From positions 19,034,001 through 19,098,000 of the forward strand of contig OX597832.1 of NCBI GenBank assembly GCA_951406725.2: a stretch of 64,000 nt of DNA, in the 5' to 3' direction. The notes beneath the pieces are model-generated. The model was not told where the DNA came from. It was given only the letters and a program-made list of their open reading frames with translations, and did no database searches. Positions within the stretch are counted from its first letter, which is position 1. The number at the start of each line of letters is the position of its first letter. Both the position numbers and the translations under genes were made by a program. Shown piece by piece: positions 28,431-42,923 of this stretch. This DNA comes from Octopus vulgaris. Lineage: Eukaryota.

Positions 28431-29720
28431 AGTAATAATGTCTGTGACGGTCATGACTGGAAGCCCTTTGATGATAAAACTAACTCAGTGCCAATAACAA
28501 GAAGAATCATTCCTGTTCTTTAAAGAACAACAGCGGTAATGAATCTGGTGTCTATCTTCGTACAATGTTTTAATGCAGCCATGAAGCTGTCATTGAAAGC
28601 GGGTTGTTCTTTAACTCTCTGTCTCGTTACACAAATATAAGAGAAAAGATGTCCTGCTACATACATACACAGTTCAAATCTCATTCTCCTTCTGCTTATC
28701 TATCAGCCGCCATTATTAAAATTAACTGAAAACTAATCAAATACTCTACGTTTGCCAAACAATTTATCTAATGTATTTTCTTCTGCTTCTTTCGTTAATT
28801 ATATCTTGGTTCGGTTATCGCAGCATGCTCCTTAATAACATTAAAGATCAAGTTTTGATTAAATCTTCATACTAACAAGTTATTTACTGTCAACAGGAAA
28901 CGAAAATTAATAATGGAGTCTATCTATTTGGCGAATCAGTGTCTGCAAACCATTAAATATATGGTACACGAGAATTGTGTGGTATTGCATAATTTCCGGC
29001 TTAGTGCTAGTAATTTTCTCAGTTACTTAAATGACCCTCGAAAATATTAACTATTTCTTCAATGATCTAACCCCCTTGTGTCTAGTAAAAAAAAAAGAGA
29101 GATAAGAAGTGAGGAAATACAGATAGATATCTAATTTATATTTTAGTTGAAGTAAGTAGTAATGTTTAATGTAGTTGAAACGAAATGAGAAAAGACTCAG
29201 AAAATCCACTTCTGTGACAGAACATTTCCGTTGCTGTAACAAAACACGACTAAAGACATGACCCGTTTTCACACCGCAGACCTTTGGGTGTATTTAAATC
29301 TCATTCTACTGCAAACAATTGGACCAGGTCCACAGACTGTCCAAGTATAACTTTGTCCCGTATTCACAGCCATCTCAAATATTCAGAACTGAGTGTTGGG
29401 CGTCGATATAAAATGATATAAAATTAATGCAGAATACAAAGATTATAACTATTTATGACTTAAGTTGAAACGGGTAGTCTTCCAATTTGCATCTGTCCAA
29501 GGATGATAAATTAAGTACAAGGACCACAGGTGATAGCATTTATATATGCTAGAAATATACAGCGATTTCTTCTTATATCGCACTCCACAAATTTGAAACC
29601 TTGAAGGATACACTGGACGATGGTTCTCAAATATACGAAATCTGAAAAAAAAAAGGGAAACAATTGGTTTAGTAATAGATAGAATACATTGGGCCAGAGT
29701 GTTAATTCATTACTATATAT

Positions 29721-29955
29721 CTCTTTTACTGTCTTACTTGTTTCAGTTATTTGACTGCGGTCATGCTGTAGCAACGCCTTTAGTCGAGCAAATCGACCCC
29801 AAGACTCATTCTATGTAAGCCTAGTACTTATTCTATCGGTCTCTTTTGCCGAACCGCTAAGTTACGGGAACGTAAACACACCAGCATCGGTTGTCAAGCG
29901 ATGTTGGGGGAACAAACACAGACACACAAACACACACACAGACACACACACACAC

Positions 29956-30005
<50 letters not shown>

Positions 30006-30164
30006 ATATACATATATACGACGGGCTTTTCCTCTTCCGTCTACCAAATCCACTCACAAGGCTATAGTAAAAGACACTAGCCCAACGTGCCACGCAGTGG
30101 GACTGAGTCCGAAACCATGTGGCTGGTAAGCAAGCTACTTACCACACACCACCACTCCTGCGCC
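29721..30164 (-). mobile_element. SINE family A, full length
   Basis: Same architecture as 11994-12397. Confidence 0.9.
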
Positions 30165-30581
30165 TGAAACAAAACAATAAAAATAAGATCATCAACATCA
30201 TCACGAATAACGACGACAAATATAAAATATAATAATGTGCTTAAAGCTACCAACTACAGGCAAGCCGATGTACAAGTTTTCGTATTTCTCACAGCTGCAG
30301 GCATCGTCATACAGCAACGCGCAACCAACTACACAACCTCCCAAACGAAGACATCCCTTTCCTCCATGTGCACCGATATAATGATGATGTTTTAATTAAG
30401 AAGTACATTGCTTCTACGTGAGCTGATCCTGCTCTCTATTTTCCATTTCCTCCTTCCGGCAAGCCAATTTATAAAGATAATATTTCAAGGGAAGAGAAGT
30501 TTATTACTATCGTATAAGAACAAAATTGTTGAAAACACATCGATTGAAGGACAATGCAATCAGTGGTGACACACATACATA

Positions 30582-30837
30582 AAAGAAAAGAATATATGCG
30601 CCCTTTTAAAGCCTAGCTAGGCTCATAGGCCCGGTTTCAATGGCGTATGTGTTCCCCAGGTGGACGGGACGCCAGTCCATCGCAGCGTTATTCATTTTTG
30701 CCAGCTGAGTGGACTGGAGCAACGTGAAATGAAGTGTTTTACTCAAGAACACAACGCGTCGCTCGGTCCAGGAATCGAAACCACAATCTTACGATCATGA
30801 TGCTGATACCCTAGCCACTAAGCCACGTGCCTCCACA
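30582..30837 (-). mobile_element. SINE family C (tRNA head, CORE-like block, V-domain-like tail) with TSD
   Basis: Head gtggaggcacgtggcttagtgg, then gtgttcttgagtaaaacactt and gcgatggactggcgtcccgtcca. 14-bp TSD gacacacatacata (30568-30581 / 30838-30851). Confidence 0.85.
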
Positions 30838-31393
30838 GACACACATACATACATACATACACGCAACTCTTTAAATCAATCAGTCATGAAGGATTTATTC
30901 ACATTGATAATATCGAACATCTAGAATGTATAGCATATGAACAGTTATCTGTCTAAGAAAAGTATTCGAGATTTCGTTTTAAAGCGTTAAATATACAGCA
31001 ATGTATATACGTTAGACAAAAGCAGTCCAACCACACTTATATATCTACGTATGCTCACGTATACATATATATGCACCTATCTGTGGATATATATATATAT
31101 GTATATATGTGCGTGTGTGTATAAATAAATATGTGTGTGTGTGAGCGTGTGTGTCTTGTCTGTATTTCTGTGTGTGTGTTTAATGTTAGATCGCTTGAGA
31201 ACGCAACTGATAGCTTGTACGCTGAGAGACCTGTCAAACTGTCGGCGAGTAAACTGGTGACCCGCGCCAACCTCACAAGTTTAAAAAGAATGATGTTGAA
31301 CAATCTGCATGCTATACACACAAAACACACGCTTACAAACACACACACACACATATGAGTTTCTGTATGTCTATGTATATGCTCATCTATCTT

Positions 31394-31431
<38 letters not shown>

Positions 31432-31434
31432 TAC

Positions 31435-31484
<50 letters not shown>

Positions 31485-31491
31485 TGTATAC

Positions 31492-31539
<48 letters not shown>

Positions 31540-31544
31540 GGGGG

Positions 31545-31715
31545 AGAATTCACAAAAATAAAACAAAAGACGAAGACAGCTGGTGTAGACAACAAACAGA
31601 TGTATTAGTATAACGCTCGGGAAGTGAAAAAGTCTTTAACGTTTCGAGCCTTCGCTCTTCCACAGAAAGAAACAGGGAGAGAAAATAAAGAATGTGTAGC
31701 GGCTAGCGATCTATG
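31545..31715 (-). mobile_element. PLE-like pseudo-LTR repeat (family P1) carrying a hammerhead-like motif
   Basis: Colinear with 52195-52382 (+) and 57288-57465 (-). Abuts (GA)n. Confidence 0.7.
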
Positions 31716-31954
31716 CTTTCAAAACGCTAACATAATTTGAACACTATTTCAGAAAATAAAATCAGATTTTTTCTCTTTGAGCGTATAAGTCTGGGGCAAA
31801 ATTGGTAAGACAAATTAAGTTTAATTTGTTTCCTGACTTCTCTAGATTTATATTTGATTAAAAAAAACTCGTACGCACCAGTATCCGTCCTAAGACATGG
31901 GAAAGATGATCGGACATGCAACGTAAATTTAAAATACCTAAGCCAATTTGAGAA

Positions 31955-32342
31955 TGGTGGAAGCACACCGTCGGTTACGACGACGAGGGTTCCGGTTGAT
32001 TCGAATCAACGGAACAGCCTGCTCGTGAAATTAACGTGTAAGTGGCTGAGCACTCCACAGACACGTGTACCCTTAACGTAGTTCTCGGGGATATTCAGCG
32101 TGACACAGAGAGTGACAAGGCCGGCCCTTTGAAATACAGGTACAACAGAAAGAGGAAGTAAGAGTGAGAGAAAGTTGTGGTGAAAGAGTACAGCAGGGAT
32201 CACCACCATCCCCTGCCGGAGCCTCGTGGAGCTTTAGGTGTTTTCGCTCAATAAACACTCACAACGCCCGGTCTGGGAATCTAAACTGCGATCCTATGAC
32301 CGCGAGTCCGCTGCCCTAACCACTGGGCCATTGCGCCTCCAC
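31955..32342 (-). mobile_element. SINE family B (tRNA-derived), full length with TSD
   Basis: Head ggaggcgcaatggcccagtggttagggcagcggactcgcgg. 12-bp TSD ccaatttgagaa (31943-31954 / 32343-32354). Confidence 0.93.
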
Positions 32343-32419
32343 CCAATTTGAGAAAGTATAATGGAAATAGGATCCTTGGTATGAAATTAACGCAACTCTA
32401 CATACGATATAATCTGTAG

Positions 32420-32935
32420 CTACTTCAGGATTTTTAAGTTTGTTCAAAAGTCTTTGGATCGCCTTTCTTTTTCCTGACATGGATTGACCTCTCTCCATCA
32501 CGTAAGATTTGTATCTGATGTCTTCATGCAAAACATTTTTTCTTACAGACGAAATTATTTTTGCAATTGATCTCATTGGCTTTCCTGGATTGTCTTCAAT
32601 GTTTTGCTTATCTTCGTAAATAAATTCAGATGTCCTGGTGGAATCACAGCGTTTGAAATTCTTCTTTACGTTTTGATACAGGTAATACGCTTCCATCTAC
32701 TTGCTCTGCCTCACACCGAATCTTGTAAACAAATGCTCTTGCAACATTCAGAAAACCAGGAATCCCTAAATCACCATGCTTAGCTTTCAAAGCCACAATC
32801 ACAGCATGGTTTTTCCTTTCATTAGTAAGCATAGGGCCTGTCATTGTTATTTTCTGAAATATAAGTTCAATAAAAATTAGTCAAATAAAATAATGACTAA
32901 AAATGTATATGTCCTCAAATACCGTCCACACCCTG
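32420..32935 (-). mobile_element. Tc1/mariner (maT-like) transposon 5' fragment, pseudogenised transposase N-terminus
   Basis: Begins TA-CAGGGTG on the minus strand (32937-32929). Frameshifted HAVIVALKAKHGDL..FLNVARAFVYKIR, RTSEFI..IEDNPGKPMRSIAK, HEDIRYKSYVMERGQ..RLLNKLKNP are typical of the paired-HTH region. Confidence 0.78.
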
Positions 32936-32956
32936 TAAAAATATATATATATAAAA

Positions 32957-33497
<541 letters not shown>

Positions 33498-33498
33498 G

Positions 33499-33552
<54 letters not shown>

Positions 33553-33608
33553 CGGGAAGCTTTATGAAAATAAACAAAAGACGAAGGCAGGTGGAAAACA
33601 AACGAACA

Positions 33609-33644
<36 letters not shown>

Positions 33645-33649
<5 letters not shown>

Positions 33650-33896
33650 TTAGAGACAAAACCACTATTTTGCAAAACAAACAAGGAAAGACTTAATCAA
33701 TACATAAAATTTTAATAAAAAGTAAAAATTCTTTACCTTTTATTAAAATTTTATGTATTGATTAAGTCTTTCCTTGTTTGTTTTGCAAAATAGTGGTTTT
33801 GTCTCTAATTAATTTTATATAATATTTTACTATAAAATTGGATTTAATCCTAAATCTGATTTTTTCCCTGTAAATTTGGATTTATTCCCTAATATT

Positions 33897-33897
<1 letters not shown>
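33645..33897. repeat. Long palindrome (33645-33813) of PLE-like repeat family P2
   Basis: About 82-bp arms with 1 mismatch and a ~5-nt centre. The right arm continues to 33897 and matches 48939-49086 (reverse) and 63496-63560. Flanked by (TA)n. Confidence 0.9.
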
Positions 33898-33950
<53 letters not shown>

Positions 33951-34455
33951 GTGTGTGTATGTATGTATGTATGTATAATATATGTGTGGATGTAAGTGTG
34001 TGTGTAAAGTATATATAACATATCTAAAATGTAATTCTTTAGAGAGTGTATATATATATATATATATATATATCATTTGCTTGCTTTTTTTTAGAGAGTC
34101 TATGTATGTATATGTAGGAACGAAGGTATGGTGCGGTGGAAAGAGAAATAGAAGTAAAGTTATTTGTGATGAAATAAAGCAGGGAAAAATAATAATATAA
34201 CGTATGCTTAGTGCGTTTTGTAACTGTGGCAAAAGAACAACTGGAGAGTGCGTGTATCAAGGTAGGTATTTGCATTAAATAAAATACGTTGTGTGATGAA
34301 AGAAGAGAAAATAAATACGAAATAAAAATTAAGACAAATACAGATAGAAAGAGAGGTCGGAAGTAGAAAGTAAGAAAATAAGGCAAGGAAGAGAGGTGAT
34401 GTCATAAGGGGGGAAGCAACAGACTGGGGAAAAGAGAAGTGGGGAGGCTGAGAGC

Positions 34456-34487
<32 letters not shown>

Positions 34488-35449
34488 CAGAGAAGGAGAA
34501 GGAATTTAGCGTGGAAGGAGGGAAAGAGAGAAATTTGATAGAGTTACAGATGGACTAAAATCAACAAACTTACACGTATATCTGCTGGCGTATACTTCTA
34601 GCCGGATTGACATTTATGTGAAGTCGACGTCGTATCACTATGTAAATTTATGTGTGTGACCTGGTATGTAAGGTTCGTTGTAAGAATGTCAGGAATGATC
34701 GAGGTACTCTTTTAAATAACTAAACAGCGCCAACTGCTTTTCCTCCCGGTTTTCTTTCTTTTTTCCTTCATTTTTTTTTGTCTTTTTTTAGGTTACAGTA
34801 TTGTATCATTGGTTGTTTCCAAAGTTACATAAAAGGAAATGGTTCATTTTTTCGCATTGTTTTTTTGTAGGATTTTACACATTACTTTTTTTTATAATTA
34901 TTTATATTTTTATCAGATTTTGACGGTAGGAAGACATTCTTATATGATTGTCTACCTGACTTCCTTCCGACTTCAATCCTGGTATTCAGCACGGTGTTAC
35001 ATTCCTGTTTACGCATTAGTTTCATTTGTCCCAATGTGTGATCATCTACGTAGTATATCTGTATGCTAGAAATGACACAGAAATATCCCACTTCTCTTTT
35101 TGATGCTCGAGAAAAATATAGGACGAGACTGGATAATGTAGTCTTAAAAAATATCAGCCTAGTAGACAAAGAAATTTACATGTAGGTTATCGCTGAAATA
35201 TCGAATCCCCTTAAAAGAAACATGCAGAAACATGCATTGCTTTCAAGCCCCTAAGTAGTTAAAAGTGTGTGAGTGTGTATTAAATGCGAATGAAGTGGAC
35301 AATGGCAAAAACAAAAGAGCACGCGAAAGATGACAAATTATAGCAAATTTTGTATTGGTTTGACACTTAAAAATGGAGTAAACAGGGTCAAAATTTCGAA
35401 CGTTAGTCCTTTTATCTTTCATATTTTACTGGATAGTTTCAGCCCAGTG

Positions 35450-36525
35450 TTGCGTTCATGTTGGTGCACCACCTGTAGATACTCGGTGTTGTTTTCGATA
35501 TTCATTTTGGTAAAGTAGCGAGTTGGACGGAGTTGCTCTTCTTTGCCGCTCCGGCTGCGATGTGAGTTCATCTGGTATCTTAGATAGAAACATTTTCAGA
35601 CGTTCCTTGAAAACTTCAACACCATGTACATCAACACCATGTAGATCTCTAAGGCTGCCTGGAAGGATGTTGAACAATTACATGCACTTGAAACCCAGAC
35701 TATTGCTGTGCACTTATTCTAGATGGGGAAGACAGCATCTTTGGTGTGATGCAGTGCCGTCCTGTTCGAGGATTGGTATATCTTTCAATTCCAAAACAGG
35801 GAGCTAAATCTTCCAAGATCTTCCAAATGTATATCACTGCATATATCTCTCGTCTTCTCTTCAGGGAATAGAGACTCAACTCCTTTAGCCTCTCCCACTA
35901 GCCCATCTTTTGCATCGAGTCAATCTCCTTTGTGTAGTGGAGCTGAATTGCTTCGAGTTCCACAGTTTGTATCACACTCCCTGGGGACCATAGTTGGGAG
36001 CAGTAGACCAAGCGGTTACTCTTTTACTCTTTTACTCTTTTACTTGTTTCAGTCATTCGACTGCGGCCATGCTGGAGCACCGCCTTTAGTCGAGCAAATC
36101 GACCCCGGGACTTATTCTTTGTAAGCCCAGTACTTATTCTATCGGTCTCTTTTGCCGAACCGCTAAGTTACGGGGACGTAAACACACCAGCATCGGTTGT
36201 CAAGCAATGCTAGGGGGACAAACACAGACACACAAACACACAAACACATACATATATATATATATACATATATACGACAGGCTTCTTTCAGTTTCCGTTT
36301 AACCAAATCTATTCACAAGGCTTTGGTCGGCACGAGGCTATGGTAGAAGACACTTACCCATGGTACCACGCAGTGTGACTGAACCCGGAACCATGTGGTT
36401 GGTTAGCAAGCTACTTACCACACAGCCACTCCTGCGCCTGAACAAAAGTCTTATATAGGAGTAGCAGGGCCTCCCTTTTCCTGGTGCTGAATGTCCTTAG
36501 AATCCATCCAGTTATTCGCCTGCAC
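35450..36525 (-). mobile_element. CR1-like LINE 3' fragment, interrupted by a SINE A insertion
   Basis: Minus strand GWILRTFSTRKREALLLLYKTFV [SINE 36016-36438] RLVYCSQLWSP...YWERLKELSLYSLKRRRERYAVIYIWKILE...FNILPGSLRDLHGVD...IPDE..SNSLLYQ. Confidence 0.8.
36016..36438 (-). mobile_element. SINE family A, full length, nested in CR1-like LINE
   Basis: Complete head-to-tail copy splitting the LINE reading frame. Confidence 0.93.
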
Positions 36526-36585
36526 AGTATTAACATCCTGGTAATATGCGTACAGAATGGTCATTTTAACGACTTGCATTTATTT

Positions 36586-36690
36586 ATCACCTGACGAGGT
36601 ATTTCTGCAATACTGGAATCTGTTGAACCACTGGTGAGTGTCCCACGCAAGAGGATTCGACACTAGATACGTCGAAACAATTGTCATGAT
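36586..36690 (+). ncRNA. Minimal type-I hammerhead ribozyme-like motif (long stem II insert)
   Basis: atcac-CTGACGA-g..(long insert)..c-GAAA-c-AATT-GTC-atgat. Stem I atca/tgat has a C.A mismatch beside the cut site. Confidence 0.55.
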
Positions 36691-36974
36691 TAACGATAAA
36701 TTCTCGTATGTTCCATCTTCTGGCTTTAATTTGCTACAATTATATGTGTGTGTGTGTGTGTGTAAATGTATATATAAATATATGTGTGTATATATAAGTA
36801 TACGTGTGTACATATATATATATATATAGATATATATATATATATATATATATATGCTTATATATACATATATATATGTGTGTGTGTATATAAATATATA
36901 TATCAGTATATATATACATCTACATATATATAAATATATATATACTAAAATATATATATATCTATATATACATA

Positions 36975-37347
36975 CTAGCAGTATCGCCCGGCGTTGCTCG
37001 GGTTTGTATGGGAAATAACTATAAAGCATTTTTAGAGAGTTATAGCCAAAAATGGAAAGAAAATCATGGTAAATATTTTTTTTAGTTAAAAAGGTCGAGT
37101 TGCGTCCCCTAGACAGTCTGTGGTTTGTGTTTCTGATTCTCGACCCCATGTCGAATTTATCGATTTTTTTCAGAACTGGGGGAACTTTTCAAAATTTTTG
37201 CTGCGTTAGTTTTGAATTATGACATTGGGCTATGTGTGTGTGTCAAGTTTCATCAGAATCGGTTGAAAGCCGTGGTCAGGGTGAGGGTACAAGCAAACAG
37301 ACACACAGAAACATGCACAGACAAACTGCCGTTTATATATAGAGAGA
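36975..37347 (-). mobile_element. Non-autonomous Helitron, complete
   Basis: Minus strand: A|TC 5' end (37347-37346), subterminal hairpin cccgagcaacgccggg, CTAG|T 3' end (36978-36975). A|T target without TSD. Confidence 0.88.
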
Positions 37348-37376
37348 TATATATACATATATACATAGATATATAC

Positions 37377-37479
<103 letters not shown>

Positions 37480-37612
37480 TATATATACATATATATATTC
37501 TTCTTCCCTTTTTTCCTGAGCGTCCAATAATACTTTATTTATTCCACGTCCTTGCGTTGTTGTTTTTTGTTTTTGTTTTCTTGTTTGGATTAACTATATA
37601 TATGTATTGATG

Positions 37613-37643
<31 letters not shown>

Positions 37644-37897
37644 GGTGTGTGTGTAATGAGAATTTATGGAAAGGTATCCCATAGAAACTCCAAAAAATTA
37701 GTTTAAAATGGAGAAGAGAAGATGCAATGCCTAGGTGTGTAATGTCTCGGATTTGTAGAGAATTTGCTAGTGACTGAGTATATAACTTATGTATTTATGC
37801 GTATATTATTGTATTTTTTTATCGTACAATTACATCAGATATTTTACTATAAAACTAATGTTAAGTTATGTATAACTAGCATAAGTTCAACGGGTAT

Positions 37898-37987
<90 letters not shown>

Positions 37988-38329
37988 TATTTGACAGTGT
38001 ACGAAACCATAGAGGAGAGGAAAATTTTGCGTTAATCGTCAAAAAGAAAATATAAGTACGTATCTATAAGTTTGGATAACTTTTTGGTGTGGGGTGATAG
38101 AAACTTCTCAGACTTAAGAGATCTATATCTCGCTTTCTTTTTTTCCTTCTTGTTTCTTTCTTTCTTTCTGTTTCTGTCTTTCTTTTTTTCCTCCTTAAGC
38201 ACTCTCAGACAAAATGAATGTCACGAAACAACAAATATCTGTTCCCCCAGAAACAACGAGTTGATCGAAATTCGTAAACGTCATCAAATATGTCTATCTG
38301 TATAACTGTGCTTGTATGTATATATATAT

Positions 38330-38864
<535 letters not shown>

Positions 38865-39474
38865 CATATATGTTTCGTGGGGTAGGTACATTTACATATA
38901 ATCAGTGATTCGGTTCGACTAGGATACATTTTGAAGTGTAACTATTTCAAAGATTTTTTTCTCCATAAAATATATCAAAAACAAGAAAAGAAAAAAAGAA
39001 CAAAAAAAAATGATTAACCATATAAACAAGCACAGTAGCTTTTATTTAACCGATTCAGAAATATCGGTTAAATAGGTTACCGATGAGAGTTCCATCGAAT
39101 GATTGACGTAAAAAAAGACAAGAAACCGAAGCAAACTCTATACTTGTCTGGTGCTTTATATTTATCTATACCACCCAGACAGAACCAGAGGCTACATACT
39201 GTATCAAACGCTGTCATATTTATTCTGAATCTCCTTTGTCAAGTCTCAGAAGAATATCATTGCTTATCTAGTGCGATTGTTTTATTTTCATCATCGTCAT
39301 CATCATCATCATCACATTCATTATTAAAAGCTCGTCCCGTCGTTTTGTTTCTTCTGTTTTTCTTTCAAGAATGATTTCTGAAAATGTCACGGTGTAGTGC
39401 ATTTTGGGTAGAGGTGAATACGATGATAAATCGCCTCTTCGGTACTGAATATTCTGAGTTCATATCCTACTATA

Positions 39475-39645
39475 GGCGCAGGAGTGGCTGTGTGGTAAGT
39501 AGCTTGCTAACCAACCACATGGTTCCAGGTTCAGTCCTACTGCGTGGCATCTTGGGCAAATGTCTTCTACTATAGCCTCGGGCCGACCAAAGCCTTGTGA
39601 GTGGATTTGGTAGATGGAAACTGAAAGAAGCCCGTCGTATATATG

Positions 39646-39683
<38 letters not shown>

Positions 39684-39908
39684 CGTGTTTGTGTGTCTGT
39701 GTTTGTCCCCCTAGCATTGCTTGACAACCGATGCTGGTGTGTTTACGTCTCCGTCACTTAGCGGTTCGGCAAAAGAGACCGATAGAATAAGTACTGGTCT
39801 TACAAAAGACTAAGTCCTGGGGTCGAGTTGCTCGATTAGAGGCGGTGCTCCAGCATGGCCGCAGTCAAATGACTGAAACAAGTAAAAGAGTAAAAGAGTA
39901 AAAGAGTA
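39475..39908 (+). mobile_element. SINE family A, full length
   Basis: ggcgcaggagtggctgtgtggtaag ... aagtaaaagagtaaaagagtaaaagagta. Confidence 0.93.
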
Positions 39909-39937
39909 CTAAATTTAGCTGTACTTTTTCAGCCACC

Positions 39938-40240
39938 CAGGTCGACTTTGCCTTTCATCATTTCGGGGTCGATAAATTAAGTACCAGTTACGCACTAGGG
40001 TCGATGTAATCGACTTAATACCTATGTCTATCCTTGTTTGTCCCCTGTATGTTTAGCCTCTTTTGAGTAATAAAGAAATAGGTATTTCGCCTGTCACCAC
40101 ACTCTAAGTTCAAATTACGCCGACTTTGCCTTTCATCCTTTCGAGGTCGATAAATTAAGTACCAGTTAAACACTGGGGTCGATTACATCGACACATTCTC
40201 TCCCTCAAAATGGCCACCCTTCTGGCAAAATTAGAAACCC
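39938..40240 (+). mobile_element. Two partial SINE family E copies in tandem
   Basis: Two copies of gactttgcctttcatc.tttcg.ggtcgataaattaagtaccagtta. Confidence 0.8.
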
Positions 40241-40289
<49 letters not shown>

Positions 40290-40322
40290 GTTATTATTAT
40301 TATTTTATTATTATTATTATTA

Positions 40323-40384
<62 letters not shown>

Positions 40385-40388
<4 letters not shown>

Positions 40389-41079
40389 TAGTTTTATTTT
40401 TATTTTTATAGCGTGCTTTCACTTCACTACCGAGCGCAGCTCTGTGTGCCTTGGGTATGTGCTGTGATTTGTTGTGATGCTCTGATGGTTATTGTATGGA
40501 AAGTGTTCTGCGTATGATGTGTGCAGTGCCTAGTAGTGCAATTTTCTGTATGTTATATGTGTTTGTAAGTCCTGGTGTTTTTGTTATGTATTTGTCTGAA
40601 TATTTTTTTATCATGCCTAATGCACCTACTATGATAGGAATTGTTTCTGTTTTCAGATTCCACATTCTAGTTACCTCTATTTCCAGGTCTTTGTATTTTG
40701 AGAGTTTCTCCATTTCTTTTAGAGACACGTTGTCATCTGCCGGTACTGATACATCAATTAGAAAGCATTTTTTTCTTCGTGGTCTCTGACAACTATATCT
40801 GGTCTGTTGGCCTTAATTTCTCTATCTGTGTGTATCGGCATATCCCAGAGTATGGTTGCTTTCTCGTTTTCTGTGACCTTTTCTGGTGTGTGCCTATACC
40901 ATCTTTTTTCTGTTGTTATTCCATAATGTTGGCATAGCTTCCAATGTATGTAAGTTCCAACTCTGTCATGTCTGTGAATATATTCCTTCTTAGCCAGGAC
41001 TGGGCAGCTAGAGATAATATGATTTATTGTTTCTTGTCCATCTCCACATATTCTGCAGTTACTTGTAATATTTCTTTTC
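40385..41079 (-). mobile_element. R4/Dong-clade retrotransposon 3' end: CCHC knuckle plus restriction-like endonuclease, inserted in (TAA)n
   Basis: CRICGDGQETINHIISSCPVLAKKEYIHRHD...NRPDIVV..(1-nt frameshift in the T run at about 40768-40774)..CFLIDVSVP..KEMEKLSKYKDL..IPIIVGALG..IQKIALLGTAHIIRRTLSIQ*. About 100 nt 3' UTR, with (TAA)n on both sides, the known Dong target. Confidence 0.92.
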
Positions 41080-41102
41080 TTATTATTATTATAATTATTA
41101 TA

Positions 41103-41186
<84 letters not shown>

Positions 41187-41730
41187 GAGTGAGAGAGCAG
41201 TTCATGCCATCAAAGTGACACTGGGGTAAAATATACGGAGCCCAATATACCCATCATGACTACCCGTCTGATGAGGGTACACCAGGCACTTGCATCACAA
41301 TCATATGTGCTCGACATGGTGATCTCATATCAAGATAAACAGCACATGACCTTGCAGATGAAGCCCAGTTAGAAATTTCTTCAGGTTGAGTAGCCCATCC
41401 CGCTCAAAAGGTCCCTGAATAAGGGTTGTTTAAGGATGTTGAAAGAACCACCCTTGTCTCCAGAGGTGAATTATTCAAACCCCAAAGAATCCCTCTCAAC
41501 ACATGTTTATGATGCTCCCCCACTACTTCTGCTCGTGATCAGAGATGCATATATCGTCAGCCACTTAGAGACATGCTCAACTGGTTAAGGTCAAACAACT
41601 GACAAGCAAATCTGTGGTATTGAGCAGAATATTTGCTGTAGCCCATCTTTTATACCAAGACAAAACAATGTACATAACACTTCCAATTAGTTAAGATCAG
41701 AAGCCATGAGAGCCACTGTCTGGTACTGCT
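41187..41730 (-). mobile_element. About 540 bp non-coding interspersed repeat embedded in (TTA)n (copy 2)
   Basis: Colinear with 7731-8248. (TTA)n on both sides. Confidence 0.78.
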
Positions 41731-42321
41731 ATTATTATTATTATCATTATTATTATTATTATTATTATTATTAGCCTCCGGGGTTTCATAAACTAATCAT
41801 ATGATGCAGAATAACTACACAAAACTGTCTGGTTTTCTCACAGAATTATAACTAGTATTATAATCATTCTATGTTTGGTTTGTGGTTGTTGTTGTCACTG
41901 GTGGTGTATGACCGATGAATATCAACAATAATATGAGAGAAACGATAGAAGACGTTGAAATATTTAATTATCTCACAGCTACATTGACTTTGTGCGTCAT
42001 TTCTGAAAGTTGATAAATATTTTCTTTCAATAAAACATACAAAGCTTCGACTCGACAAAATTTTCATGTCACGAAAGTTTGTCAGCAGGTGCGAACCTCA
42101 AAAAGCATTCTCTGCTCGGTCATTGACGCCATGGTCATAACCAAAAACCATTTTCAATAAGTTTATTTAGGTCGAACATCTTTCCGACTGTCAATAAAAT
42201 AAAGTCCGATCAAGCATTGTTCGCTTTTAATCATTTAGGCCTTTCCCCACGCGTTTATATCTTTATTGAAAAGCGTTTTTGCTTTTGTTTTATATCGCTC
42301 TGAACTAATGATTATTATATG

Positions 42322-42923
42322 CTCTTTTACTCTTTTTACTCTTTTACTTGTTTCAGTCATTTGACTGCGGCCATGCTGGAGCACCGCCTTTAGTTTGAGC
42401 AAATCGCCCCCACCCTCGGACTTATTCTTTGTAAGCCTAGTACTTATTCTATCGCTGTTTTTTGCTGAACCGCTAAGTTACGGGGATGTAAACTCACCAG
42501 CATCGGTTGTGAAGCGATGCTGGGGAGACAAACACAGACACACAAGCACACACACATACACACACAAATACATACATACATACATATATATATATATGCG
42601 TGTGTGTGTGTGTGTGTGTCTGTGTGTGTGTGTGTGTGTTAAAATATATATGTTAAAATCTAGCGTGCGGTTCAGTAAATTGTATTCAAGACAAATTCTA
42701 CTGAAGAGCTGCAGATACATTATGTAAGTAAAATTGCATAATTCATTAACAGCGAAACAACTGTCTAGAATTAATCTACATTTTTGTTATTTTTCTTTTG
42801 TCCTGCTCGTTTACGTTCATGGTTGTTCTAATTCTCCTTGGAAACAATTCTTGGTGGTTGAGACCATAGCGGATCTATTTTTAGCGCAAGAGTCGACCAC
42901 ATAGTGGACACTCTCTTATATTC

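Noticed and set aside
32006-32258. Recurrent ORFs such as VTLCVTLNIPENYVKGTRVCGVLSHLHVNFTSRLFR (also 44398, 45407, 54473) and DGLLSVS.YQIHSQG
   Set aside because: They recur only because they lie in SINE B and SINE A copies.
41261-41280. CTGATGAG inside the TTA-embedded repeat
   Set aside because: No downstream GAAA/UH arrangement, and not conserved in the 7731 copy.
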